A stretch of 64,000 nt of DNA, from positions 70,714-134,713 of the forward strand of contig DATBIM010000102.1 of NCBI GenBank assembly GCA_036556905.1, written 5' to 3'. A model generated the notes under the pieces. The model was not told where the DNA came from. It did no database searches and saw only the letters and a list, made by a program, of their open reading frames with translations. Both the position numbers and the translations under genes were made by a program. Source of the stretch: Candidatus Methylomirabilota bacterium (lineage in GTDB: Bacteria > Methylomirabilota > Methylomirabilia > Rokubacteriales > CSP1-6). Shown here one piece after another: positions 9,816-19,008 of this stretch. Numbering within the stretch: position 1 is the stretch's first letter; each line of letters begins with the position of its first letter.

Positions 9816-11207
9816 TCAGAGCAGATCCAGCTCGTAGTTGATGATGATGCGATAGTCCACGAGCGTGGAGGCGTCGCCCCGGCCCACGTAGGCGTTGCGG
9901 AAGCGCAGCGAGAGCCCCTTCACGGTCGGCACGTTGTAGGTGACGTCGAGATTTCCCTCGTGGGTATTGGGCTGGCTGCTTCCCGTCGCCGGGTCCTCGC
10001 GATCGGTGCCCATGGCGTAGAGCAGGTGCACGGTCAGGCCCGGGAGCGACAAGGGCAGCAGCGCCCCCCCGAAGTCGTACTTGACACCCACCCCGAACGC
10101 CTTCTCGTTGGCCCGGTCGAAATCCGTGACCATCAGAGACAGGTAGCCAGGCCACGAGCCCCAGGGGGAGCGGATCGAGGCTTCGTCGCCGGTGAAGTGC
10201 GTGGCCGCCCCCAGGGACAGGCCCTTGAACAGGAGGCGTGCCCCCGCGCCGACGTTCCAGGTGTTGAACTCGCCCAGCCGCTGGTCCCCGACATCTCGCT
10301 GGTCGGTGAACTGCAGACCGAACTGCATCTTGAGGTCTCGGCTGAACGCGTGCGTGTACTCGCCCTTGAGGAACGTGGTGTTGAACACCTCCTGGGCGTA
10401 ATAATTGCCGGCGTAGAGCAGCAGATCCTTGATCGGCGTGAAGGCCAGGGAGGTCAGGATCAGCCCTTCGTCGCCGCCGGCTGCGCCCGCCTGTTGAGAC
10501 ATCGAGATGAAGTCGTTCGAGTCCCGAGGCTTGATGTTCCAGACATACCCCACGTCGTACCGGAGCCGGTCGAGCGTACCGGAGAGGGTGACGGCCTCGA
10601 AGGTGTTCGGGACCATCCGATTGTCTTGCGGGTTCACGTAGCCGTCGTCGATCTTCTGGCGGTACCCCTTGAAGAGGGCGTATTCCTTGTAGCGAAGCGC
10701 CGCCCAGGCCTCCCCGAACACTCCGATCTCGTCCCCGTCGGGCGTCAGCAGCAGGGTCCCCAGACGGTCGTCGGGGGCGTAGAGCGGCCAGGAGGTGTAG
10801 TACGTCGAGCCGATGGCGAAGATGTCGGCGAGCCAGCCGGAGGCGTACTGCAGCCAGCCGCCGAGCGCCCAGGCCTCGCTGGCCGTGTCGTTGTCGTTCT
10901 GGCGGTTGAAGTAGAAGGTGCGGAACCGGACGTTCAGATCGGTGTCGCGGAAGAACGGATCGAGCTTGCTCATCTCGTCCCGCAGCGCCGGGTAGCCGGT
11001 CTCGAGCAGGCCCGTCTGGGGCGGGGGAGGCGGGGCCGCGTCGGGCGACCGAACGGTCACGTCCTCCTCGAGGATCGGGGCCTTCGGCGGGGCTGCCGGC
11101 GCCGGTTGGGCGGGGCCGGGTTTCGGCGCCGGCTGGGCGACGGCCTGTCCCAGCCCCACCACGCATAGCAGCAGCGTCAGCGCGGGCAGCTGCCACCGCA
11201 CGCTCAT
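9816..11207 (-). CDS. outer-membrane porin (OprD-like / specific-channel beta-barrel)
   Basis: Start at MSVRWQ with signal peptide ...GQAVAQP; AAGGAGG SD that also overlaps the asdA stop; Pro-rich linker then alternating amphipathic strands; C-terminal YELDLL. Confidence 0.5.
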   Translation of the reverse strand: MSVRWQLPALTLLLCVVGLGQAVAQPAPKPGPAQPAPAAPPKAPILEEDVTVRSPDAAPPPPPQTGLLETGYPALRDEMSKLDPFFRDTDLNVRFRTFYFNRQNDNDTASEAWALGGWLQYASGWLADIFAIGSTYYTSWPLYAPDDRLGTLLLTPDGDEIGVFGEAWAALRYKEYALFKGYRQKIDDGYVNPQDNRMVPNTFEAVTLSGTLDRLRYDVGYVWNIKPRDSNDFISMSQQAGAAGGDEGLILTSLAFTPIKDLLLYAGNYYAQEVFNTTFLKGEYTHAFSRDLKMQFGLQFTDQRDVGDQRLGEFNTWNVGAGARLLFKGLSLGAATHFTGDEASIRSPWGSWPGYLSLMVTDFDRANEKAFGVGVKYDFGGALLPLSLPGLTVHLLYAMGTDREDPATGSSQPNTHEGNLDVTYNVPTVKGLSLRFRNAYVGRGDASTLVDYRIIINYELDLL

Positions 11208-11217
11208 CGCCTCCTCC

Positions 11218-12828
11218 TTACTTTTTCGGCGCGCGCTTCGAAGCCTCGAACGCATCCCGGTAGCCGCGGGCAATCGCGCGGACCCCGCGCCCGATGTCGT
11301 CGTACACGTCGTCGCCCAGGTTGGCCAGGGACACGCGGAGCGACCAGTCCGGGGCCTCGAAACCGCCGCCGTTGAGCAGCACGATGCCGTGGGCCTCGGC
11401 CAGCCGGAAGGCGAGGTCCAGCGGGTGGACGTTCTTCTTGAGATAGGTGACCGCCTCCTCGCCGATGTTCTTCCGGGCCCAGAACTCGAAGTCGATGAGG
11501 CCGTAGTAGGCGTCGAAGAGCGGGTTGGGGGCCACTTCCAGGCCCAGCCCTTCGAGGAGCGCCCGGGCCCGTCGATGCACGATCTCCATGCAGGTCTTCT
11601 GGTAGCGCTTCTCGGTGTCCATGAGCTCGGACAGGGAGAACATGGTCATCATGACCTGCTGGGGCAGGGAGAGTCCCGCCGTGTGGTTCAGGCCGACGTC
11701 CCGGCTGTCCGCCACGATGCGGTCGATGAACTTGATCTTCCGGGGCTCGAGGGTGAGCGCGCCGTAGCGCTTGTCGAGCGCCTTCAGCGGGTCGCCGGTG
11801 TGCTTGGCGATCATTTTGTCGTAGATGTTGTCCTGGTGGAGCGCGATGACGCCCAGGCGCCATCCCGTGCAGCCAAAGTACTTCGAGTACGAGTAGACGC
11901 CGATGGTGTTGTGCGGCAACTCGCCGAGGAGCGATCGGAAGCCGGGCACGAAGGTCCCGTACACGTCGTCGGTCAGCAGCATGAGGTCGGGCCGCTTCGT
12001 CTTCACCAGGCTCGCGATCTTGCCGATGCTCTCCTTGCTCAAGGCCACTCCGGTGGGATTGCCGGGGTTGACGAGGAAGAAGGCCTTGATCTTGGGATCC
12101 TCGAGCTTCTTGAGCTCGGCGTCGGTGGGCTGGAAGCGGTTTTCCTGCGGCGACGCGATGTTGACCACGTTCAGCGCGTAGTCCTCCAGATGCGTCATCT
12201 CGAGGTAGGGTGTGAAGATCGGCGTGCCCAGCGCGATGGTGTCGCCGGGCATGAGGAGACGGTTGGCCTTGAGCGACTTGAAGAGATAGCACATGGCCGC
12301 GGTTCCGCCCTCGACCGCGTAGAGGTCGAACTTGCCGGCGGGGCGGGGATCCCCGCACATCGCCCACTGGAGGTACTCGTGCACGACTCGCTCGTTGTGC
12401 ACGAGCATGCGATCGGGGACGGGGTAGTTGTCCCCGATGATCGAGTCCACCAGCTCGTGGACGAAGGCGTCGGGATCGAACTTGAACGTCTTGACCGCGA
12501 AGGCCACCATCTTGCCGAGGAAGGCCGCCCCCGGTGAGTCAGGGTGCTTGGCGAGCCAGGCCTCCAGGCGGGCGGCGATGCCCGGGGCGGCGGGCATGCC
12601 CGCGACACCGGCGGGATGCTCCATCACACGGCGGCTCTCGGTGAGGGCGAACTGGCCGAGCAGGAAGAAGCCTTCCCGCGGCTCGGTGGCGATCCAGTTC
12701 GGGTTGCCGCGGCCGGCGTTGAGGAAGGCGGTCTGCGTGGTCCTGGACGTCTTCTTGGCGAGCTTGATCAGCTCGTCCTTGATCTCGAACGGCCCCATCT
12801 TGTCGAACTGTGTCAGGTCGATGGTCAT
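11218..12828 (-). CDS. asdA: bifunctional aspartate aminotransferase / L-aspartate 4-(beta)-decarboxylase
   Basis: 536 aa; hallmark AsdA blocks 'FEIKDELIKLA','LNAGRGNPN','YPVPDRML','LYAVEGGTAAM','YSYSKYFGCTGWRLGVIA','FIDRIVADSR','LNHTAGLSLPQQV','RVSLANL'. Confidence 0.8.
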   Translation of the reverse strand: MTIDLTQFDKMGPFEIKDELIKLAKKTSRTTQTAFLNAGRGNPNWIATEPREGFFLLGQFALTESRRVMEHPAGVAGMPAAPGIAARLEAWLAKHPDSPGAAFLGKMVAFAVKTFKFDPDAFVHELVDSIIGDNYPVPDRMLVHNERVVHEYLQWAMCGDPRPAGKFDLYAVEGGTAAMCYLFKSLKANRLLMPGDTIALGTPIFTPYLEMTHLEDYALNVVNIASPQENRFQPTDAELKKLEDPKIKAFFLVNPGNPTGVALSKESIGKIASLVKTKRPDLMLLTDDVYGTFVPGFRSLLGELPHNTIGVYSYSKYFGCTGWRLGVIALHQDNIYDKMIAKHTGDPLKALDKRYGALTLEPRKIKFIDRIVADSRDVGLNHTAGLSLPQQVMMTMFSLSELMDTEKRYQKTCMEIVHRRARALLEGLGLEVAPNPLFDAYYGLIDFEFWARKNIGEEAVTYLKKNVHPLDLAFRLAEAHGIVLLNGGGFEAPDWSLRVSLANLGDDVYDDIGRGVRAIARGYRDAFEASKRAPKK

Positions 12829-12860
12829 GGGTAGGCTCCTCGATAGGGTTCAGAGATTCA

Positions 12861-14558
12861 TCAAGAGAGCATGAGAATGATCACCATGCCCCAGATCGTC
12901 AGCAGCGTGTTGCCGATGGCGTAGGTGACGGTATACCCGAGCGCGGGTATCTGGCTCTTGGCCGCATCAGTGACCATGCCGAGTGAGGCGGTGGTCGTGC
13001 GCGCTCCGGAGACCGCGCCCAGCAGGATCGCGTCGTGGAAGCGGAACAGGTACTTGCCGATGTACATGGCGAGGATCAGGGGCACCGTCGTCGCCACGGC
13101 GCCCCACATGAACAGGCTCAGGCCCTGCGTCTTCAGGCCGTTGATGAAGCCCGGGCCGGCCGAGATGCCGACGATGGCAATGAAGATGTTGAGGCCGACC
13201 GAGTTCATGAACCAGACGGTCGACGACGGGATGCGCCCGAAGGACGGCCGCACCGAGCGCAGCCAGCCGAACACGAGCCCCGAGATGAGGGCGCCGCCGG
13301 CGGTGGACAGCGTCAACGGCACTCCGCCGATCTTCCAGACCAGCGCGCCGATCAGGGCGCCGATCGTGACCGCGCCCCCGATGAAGGCGACGTCGGCCAC
13401 GTCGGAAGGTCGATCGGGAACGCCCAGCAGCTTGGTGACGACGGTGGTGTCCTGCGTGCGGCCGACGATGTTGAGGATGTCGCCGCGCTCGATCTTCGTG
13501 TTCGGAAGGATGGGAATGGTGGTGGCGGTTGCCCCCCGCGTGATCTGGCGAAGGAAGACGCCGCGCGCCTCGGGCCGCTGGGCCAGCTCCGCCAGCGTCT
13601 TGCCGTCGACCGCCTTGTTGGTCACGTAGACGTCGACGCCTTCGACCGGGACGGCGAGCAGCTCCGGGTCATCGACCTCCTGCGCCTTCTCGCCGATCAC
13701 CTTCACGAGCACTTCGCGGGTTCCGGCGATGGCCACCACGTCCCCTTCACGGATCACGGTGTCGGCCGTGCCCTCCTCGATTGTCCCGTTGCTGCGGCGG
13801 ATGCGCTCCACGAAGACCCGGGCATTGGGCACCATCGCCTCGGCCTCGACGGCCCGGAGGCCGATGGCCTTGCCGCCCGGCTGCACGCGGAAGGCCCGCA
13901 GCTCCCAACGATGCCAGGCGGAGCCTGCGCCGCCCAGCGCCTTGGCGCCACCACCCTGCTTCTCCTCGTAGTCCTTGCACGCGGCCACCAGATTGATGCG
14001 GAGCAGGGCCGGGCCGACGATCGCGATCACGATCGCCGAACCGACCGTGCCGAAGAGGTACGTCACGGCATAGGCGATGGGCATCGCGTCGAGCAGCCCC
14101 TTGGCCTGGTCGCCGGATAACCCTAGCCGGTTGATGGCATCCGTCGCGAGGCCCATCGAAGCCGAGATGGTCTGCGATCCCGCATACAGCCCGGCCGCGT
14201 AGCCGAGATCGTAGCCGGCCACCTTGGCGACGCCGAAGGCGGCACCCAGGCAGAGCACGCACACGACGGCTGCGTAGATCGCCTGCGGCAAGCCGTCCTT
14301 GGCCACGCCCCGGACGAACTGCGGGCCGACGCCGTAGCCGACGGCGAACAGGAACATCAGGAAGGCAAACGCCTTGAGGGGCTGCGAGATGGTGATCCCG
14401 AGCTGCCCGATGACGACCGCGGCCAGCAGGGTGGCGGTGACGGCCCCCAGGCCGATGCCACGGTAGGTGAACTTGCCGACGTAGTATCCGATCCCCAGAG
14501 AGAGGAAGATGGCGATCTCCGGATACGTGCGCAGCGTCGCGGCGAACCACTCAAACAT
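12861..14558 (-). CDS. aspT: AAE-family (AspT/YidE/YbjL) aspartate:alanine exchanger-like transporter
   Basis: 565 aa; two membrane halves separated by two TrkA-C/RCK_C domains ('[15 protein letters not shown]', '[14 protein letters not shown]'); N-terminus '[29 protein letters not shown]' typical of AAE; located between two PLP decarboxylases. Confidence 0.8.
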   Translation of the reverse strand: MFEWFAATLRTYPEIAIFLSLGIGYYVGKFTYRGIGLGAVTATLLAAVVIGQLGITISQPLKAFAFLMFLFAVGYGVGPQFVRGVAKDGLPQAIYAAVVCVLCLGAAFGVAKVAGYDLGYAAGLYAGSQTISASMGLATDAINRLGLSGDQAKGLLDAMPIAYAVTYLFGTVGSAIVIAIVGPALLRINLVAACKDYEEKQGGGAKALGGAGSAWHRWELRAFRVQPGGKAIGLRAVEAEAMVPNARVFVERIRRSNGTIEEGTADTVIREGDVVAIAGTREVLVKVIGEKAQEVDDPELLAVPVEGVDVYVTNKAVDGKTLAELAQRPEARGVFLRQITRGATATTIPILPNTKIERGDILNIVGRTQDTTVVTKLLGVPDRPSDVADVAFIGGAVTIGALIGALVWKIGGVPLTLSTAGGALISGLVFGWLRSVRPSFGRIPSSTVWFMNSVGLNIFIAIVGISAGPGFINGLKTQGLSLFMWGAVATTVPLILAMYIGKYLFRFHDAILLGAVSGARTTTASLGMVTDAAKSQIPALGYTVTYAIGNTLLTIWGMVIILMLS

Positions 14559-14570
14559 GGTGTCCTCCGT

Positions 14571-17309
14571 CTAGCGCTTGTGCGTGGCCAGCGCGTCAGG
14601 CTTCAGCAGCTCCAGGCCCTTGGCCGCGTTGTAGCCGTGGATCTCCTTCACGTCGAGCTTGCGCATGAACGTGATGATCTCTTTGGTGACGACCTGGCCC
14701 GGCACCATGATGGGGAAGCCGGGCGGGTAGGGGATCACGAACTTCGCCGAGACCAGCTCCGGGCCCTTGGCCAAGCGCTCGTCGATCTCCTTGCTCTGGA
14801 GCTTGACGTGCTCGATGTTGGCGGCATCGTACGCCATGTAGTACGCCTCGCGCATGTGCCCTTCCTGGGTGGCGCTCTTCGCATTGTCCCGGAAGGCGTC
14901 GTGGAAGCGCTGGAAGTCGGGCAGGTCGGGCACGTCCTCGACCAGCGACTTCACCCGCGCCTTGAAGGCGGCCAGCTCCTCTTCGCCCCCCTCGGCGAGC
15001 CGCTTCTCGATGGCCCGCGCCATGTCGGCCAGGGCCTTGATCAGATGGGCGAGGTCGCTCCGGGTGTTGTTGATGTTGATCTGGACGAGCACGCTGTTGC
15101 GGGAGGTCTTGTTGATCTGGATGTCGTGCTCGCTGGCCAGCAGCGCCTTGAACTGGGTGCCGTCGTACGCGGCAGCCCCGCAGAGGAGCGTGATCCGGGT
15201 CGGATCCAGGTAGAACTCGTCGTTGTCCAGCGCCCCGATCGTGTCGTTCATCGTCCACCCCGGTGCGCCCCAGTCGGTGAAGCCCGACTTCCGGTACTCG
15301 GCGGGGATCATCTCGGCCGGGGTGGCGATGCGGAAGTACTTGGAGATGAGGGGGTGCGAGTTGACCTGACGCCGGACTTCGATGGCCAGCTGGATGGCCC
15401 GCCCGACGAGCTCGTAGCCCTCCAGCTCCATCTGCCGGCGCGCCACGTCCAGCGAGGCGATGATCTGGAGATTCGGCGAGGTCGAGGTGTGGGTGAAGAA
15501 CGCCTCCTTGAAGGAGGCCTCTACCGTGTAGAAATCCTGATCGGCGACGACAATGATCGAGCCCTGGCGGAGCGAGGACATCGACTTGTGCACCGAGTCG
15601 GTTTCGTAGACACGGACGCGCACCTGGTCGGGATCCGGCAGCAGCTCCATGTCCACCAGCTTCGGGTCCTTCGGGTCCAGCTTGCCGGCGCTGGCTCGGA
15701 ACGCCTCGTAGCGCTTGCGGTACTCCGGGTCGCGCATCAGCTCGCGAATGGCGGCCGCCGCGCCCATGGCCGTGCGGCGACGTAGAAATGGCGAGAAGCG
15801 GGCGAACCCGAACCACGCCTCGTCCCACAGAAAGATCAGATCGGGCTTGATGGCCAGACATTCCAGCATGGTCCGTTTGGTGTTGGCGACGTGGCCGTCG
15901 AAGGTGCAGTTGGTCAGGACCACCATCTTCGCGCGGTCCAGCTTGCCCTCGGCCTTGAGCTGAAGCAGGGCCTTCTTGATGGGCTTGATGGCCAGGCTGC
16001 CGTACATGGAGTACTGGGTGAGCGGGAACGCGTCGATGTAGAGCGGCTGGGCACCCGCCAGCACCAGCCCGTAGTGGTGCGACTTGTGACAGTCGCGGTC
16101 GATCAGCACGATGTCACCCGGCCGGAGCAGGGCCTGGTGGACGATCTTGTTCGAGGTGGAGGTGCCGTTGGTGACGAAGAAGCTGCGGTCGCCGCCGAGC
16201 GCGCGGGCGGCCTTGTCCTGGGCGACCTTGATGTTGCCGGTGGGCTCCAGCAGGCTGTCCAGCCCACCGGTGGTGGCCGAGGACTCGGCCAGGAACAGGT
16301 TGGCCCCGTAGAACTCGCCCATGTCGCGGATCCAGTTGGACTTGAAGATCGACTTTCCCCGGGCCACCGGCAGCGCGTGGAACGTGCCGATCGGGCGCTG
16401 GGCGTAGTTCTTGAGGTTATCGAAGTACGGCGTCTCGTAGCGGTCCTGCACCCCGTCGAGGATCGCCAGGTGGATCTCCATCGGCTCCTCGACCCCGTAG
16501 AAGATTCGCCGGATCGGCGCCGCCTCGGCGGAGCCGGCCAGGCGGCCGACGTCGCGGTCGGTGGTGAGGTAGACGTCGAGCTCCGGCCGCCAGCGGCGCA
16601 CCATCTGCCCCAGGAGGGTCCCTAGATCGCCGCTGCGCGCGGACTCGGCGATCTGCACCTGCCGGGTGAGGATCTCGCGCAGGATCGGCAGCGTGTGCTG
16701 CGAGGGGTAGGCGAAGCCGTCGCTGATCACGACGGCCTGCAAATTCGTGTTGAAGACCACGGCCAGGACCGCATCCTCGAAGCTGCCCACGACGACGGGC
16801 TCGTACACGAACTGGTCCTCGGCGCGGCGCAGCCGGCGAAACGTCTCCCGGATCTCCGGCCACATGGCCCGCTCGGCGGGCGACACATACAGAACCTCGA
16901 AGTAGGGTCGGCGGGCCTGGCCGCGACCGATCGACGGAGGCAGGACGTCGGGCAGGCGGGCCTCGCCCTCCTCGTCGGCCCTCCAGGGCTCCTGGTCGTC
17001 GCGGTAGCTGTTGGAGAGCAGCGCGCTGCTGATCCGCTGGACCAGACGAGCGAAGCCCGTCCAGTCCCCGGTCTCCAGGCGCTCGCGGAGCTGCGTCATC
17101 AATCGGGGTCCCGGGTAGCCGCAGAGGTCCTCCAGCGGTGCCAGCTCGGCCAGGAGCGCCTGCGGGTCCTCGCCAGGGCCGCCGGCCGGGCGCTGTCCAG
17201 TTCCGGCGAGCCCCTTGGCCACGCGGTTCAGCGTCCGCCAGCGGTCGATGCGCGCCTCTGAGGCGGCGAAGAAGTCCCGAAGAGTCGTCAGTTGAGTGGT
17301 GTCAGCCAT
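14571..17309 (-). CDS. Orn/Lys/Arg decarboxylase-family PLP-dependent decarboxylase (large, 912 aa, with N-terminal extension)
   Basis: OKR_DC_1 core 'SNWIRDMGEFYGANLFLAESSATTGGLDSLLEPTG...FFVTNGTSTSNKIVHQALLRPGDIVLIDRDCHKSHHYG'; wing domain 'YFEVLYV..VVGSFEDAV'; C-terminal OKR_DC_1_C. Confidence 0.75.
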   Translation of the reverse strand: MADTTQLTTLRDFFAASEARIDRWRTLNRVAKGLAGTGQRPAGGPGEDPQALLAELAPLEDLCGYPGPRLMTQLRERLETGDWTGFARLVQRISSALLSNSYRDDQEPWRADEEGEARLPDVLPPSIGRGQARRPYFEVLYVSPAERAMWPEIRETFRRLRRAEDQFVYEPVVVGSFEDAVLAVVFNTNLQAVVISDGFAYPSQHTLPILREILTRQVQIAESARSGDLGTLLGQMVRRWRPELDVYLTTDRDVGRLAGSAEAAPIRRIFYGVEEPMEIHLAILDGVQDRYETPYFDNLKNYAQRPIGTFHALPVARGKSIFKSNWIRDMGEFYGANLFLAESSATTGGLDSLLEPTGNIKVAQDKAARALGGDRSFFVTNGTSTSNKIVHQALLRPGDIVLIDRDCHKSHHYGLVLAGAQPLYIDAFPLTQYSMYGSLAIKPIKKALLQLKAEGKLDRAKMVVLTNCTFDGHVANTKRTMLECLAIKPDLIFLWDEAWFGFARFSPFLRRRTAMGAAAAIRELMRDPEYRKRYEAFRASAGKLDPKDPKLVDMELLPDPDQVRVRVYETDSVHKSMSSLRQGSIIVVADQDFYTVEASFKEAFFTHTSTSPNLQIIASLDVARRQMELEGYELVGRAIQLAIEVRRQVNSHPLISKYFRIATPAEMIPAEYRKSGFTDWGAPGWTMNDTIGALDNDEFYLDPTRITLLCGAAAYDGTQFKALLASEHDIQINKTSRNSVLVQININNTRSDLAHLIKALADMARAIEKRLAEGGEEELAAFKARVKSLVEDVPDLPDFQRFHDAFRDNAKSATQEGHMREAYYMAYDAANIEHVKLQSKEIDERLAKGPELVSAKFVIPYPPGFPIMVPGQVVTKEIITFMRKLDVKEIHGYNAAKGLELLKPDALATHKR

Positions 17310-17579
17310 GAGTTATTCTCCTGCTAGCAATCTGCCATCGGTCCGGATCCGGTCCCTGTCTCAGCGATTTCACGCGGCGGATGGTAGGCGAGTTTGCCAC
17401 TTTCGTCCATCCGACCAAGGTCTCATTTATGCCGGTATGGCGTTGTGGTGTGCTCGCCGGGTGACACGATTGCCGATCGGGGGATGGCGGGCCCGCTGGT
17501 CCGGCAGTACAATCGTGCCCCCTCGTCCGCTGGCTGAAGGCGCGCAGCCTCGCCGCGCGGGTTGGGGCTGGGAGGCTCA

Positions 17580-19004
17580 ATGTTGATGACACGACTGGCT
17601 CGCACGCTCGGGGCGCGACCGCTGGGGCATTGGCTGGCCGGCGTCGCGTTGCTGGCCCTGAGCGCCGGATGCCAGGGGGGAGACAGCAAGGCGTCCAAGC
17701 AGGCGCCGGCCCCCCCCCCGCCCACCGTCATCGTCGCCGAGGTAGACCAGAGGACCGTACAGGTTGGCGGAGAGTTCGTGGCGCGCACGGAGGGAGTGCC
17801 CACCGTGGAGACCCGGGCCCGAGTCCCCGGGGTGCTGGAACAGGTGTTGTTCCGCGAGGGCTCGGAAGTCCGGAAGGGTCAGCGGCTCTTCGTGATCCAG
17901 CAGGACGAGTACAAGGCGGCGCTCCAGTCGGCGCGCGCCCAGCTGGCCAAGGCGCAAGCCGACCTCACCCGCGCCCGGGACGTCTCGGTCATCGACCGAG
18001 CCCGGGCCAACCTCGATCAGGCCAAGGCCGATCTGGGGAGAGCACGTCAGGACGTGGCCCGCTATCGCCCCCTGGCCCAGGCCCAGGCGATCCCCCAACA
18101 GGATCTGGACACGGCGATCTCCCGCGAGCAAGTCGCGGCGGCCGCGGTGGAGGGCGCCGACGCCGCCCTCAAGGACACGGTGCTGAACCAGCGCACGGCC
18201 ATCCAGCTCGCCCAGGCCGCGGTGGAGTCGGCCAAGGCCGCCGTGATCCAGGCCGACCTGAACCTCAAGTACACCGTGGTCGAGGCGCCGATCACTGGGA
18301 TCATCAGCAAGCTGGCGGTCGATACGGGAAACCTCGTCGGCAAGGGAGAACCCACGCTCCTGGCCACCGTGTCGGCGATCCACCCCATCTACGTGGACTT
18401 CTCGATCGTCGAGGCGGACTACCTCCGGCTGGTCAAGCGCGAGCCCGGGCTCGGCCGCGGCGAGGTGCCCCGGGACCGCGCGCCCACGCTCGAGCTGCTC
18501 CTGGCCGATGGCAGCGTCTACCCGCACAAGGGCCAGACGATCTTCGTCGACCGCGCCATCGACCCGAAGACGGGCACCATCCAGGTCCGGGCGGAGTTCC
18601 CCAATCCCGAGCGGGTACTGCGCCCGGGTCAGTTCGCGCGGGTGCGCGCCATCACCGAAGAGGTGCCCGATGCGATTCTGGTTCCCCAGCTCGCCGTGCA
18701 GGACCTCCAGGGCGCGAAAACGGTGCTGGTGGTCGGTGAGGGTGACAAGGTCGCGCTGCGGACCGTGACCCTGCGCGAGGCCTATCAGCAGTTCTACATC
18801 GTGACGGCCGGGCTCAAGCCCGGGGAACGGGTCATCGTCGAGGGGATCCAGAAGGCCCGACCGGGGATGCAGGTGAAAGCCGAAGTCAAGCCCGCCACCG
18901 ACGGGAAATCGGGTCCAGCTCCGCCGCCCGCGCAAGCCACCTCGCCGGACGCGGCCCCGCCGCCGGCGGCATCGCCTCCGGGGAAGGCGGACAGCGGGCG
19001 CTAG
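17580..19004 (+). CDS. RND efflux periplasmic adaptor (membrane fusion protein, MexA/AcrA family)
   Basis: GGGAGG SD; lipoprotein signal LALSAGCQGG; coiled-coil hairpin, lipoyl and beta-barrel motifs; Pro/Ala-rich C-terminal tail. Confidence 0.75.
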   Translation: MLMTRLARTLGARPLGHWLAGVALLALSAGCQGGDSKASKQAPAPPPPTVIVAEVDQRTVQVGGEFVARTEGVPTVETRARVPGVLEQVLFREGSEVRKGQRLFVIQQDEYKAALQSARAQLAKAQADLTRARDVSVIDRARANLDQAKADLGRARQDVARYRPLAQAQAIPQQDLDTAISREQVAAAAVEGADAALKDTVLNQRTAIQLAQAAVESAKAAVIQADLNLKYTVVEAPITGIISKLAVDTGNLVGKGEPTLLATVSAIHPIYVDFSIVEADYLRLVKREPGLGRGEVPRDRAPTLELLLADGSVYPHKGQTIFVDRAIDPKTGTIQVRAEFPNPERVLRPGQFARVRAITEEVPDAILVPQLAVQDLQGAKTVLVVGEGDKVALRTVTLREAYQQFYIVTAGLKPGERVIVEGIQKARPGMQVKAEVKPATDGKSGPAPPPAQATSPDAAPPPAASPPGKADSGR

Positions 19005-19008
19005 CGCC

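Noticed and set aside
9095-11196. Several 250-460-aa ORFs antisense to gltS and the porin (9095..9841, 9789..11168, 9802..11196)
   Set aside because: These are GC-rich, Arg/Gly/Pro/His-biased translations with no domain-like motifs. They are typical shadow ORFs of a 68% GC genome opposite well-supported genes.
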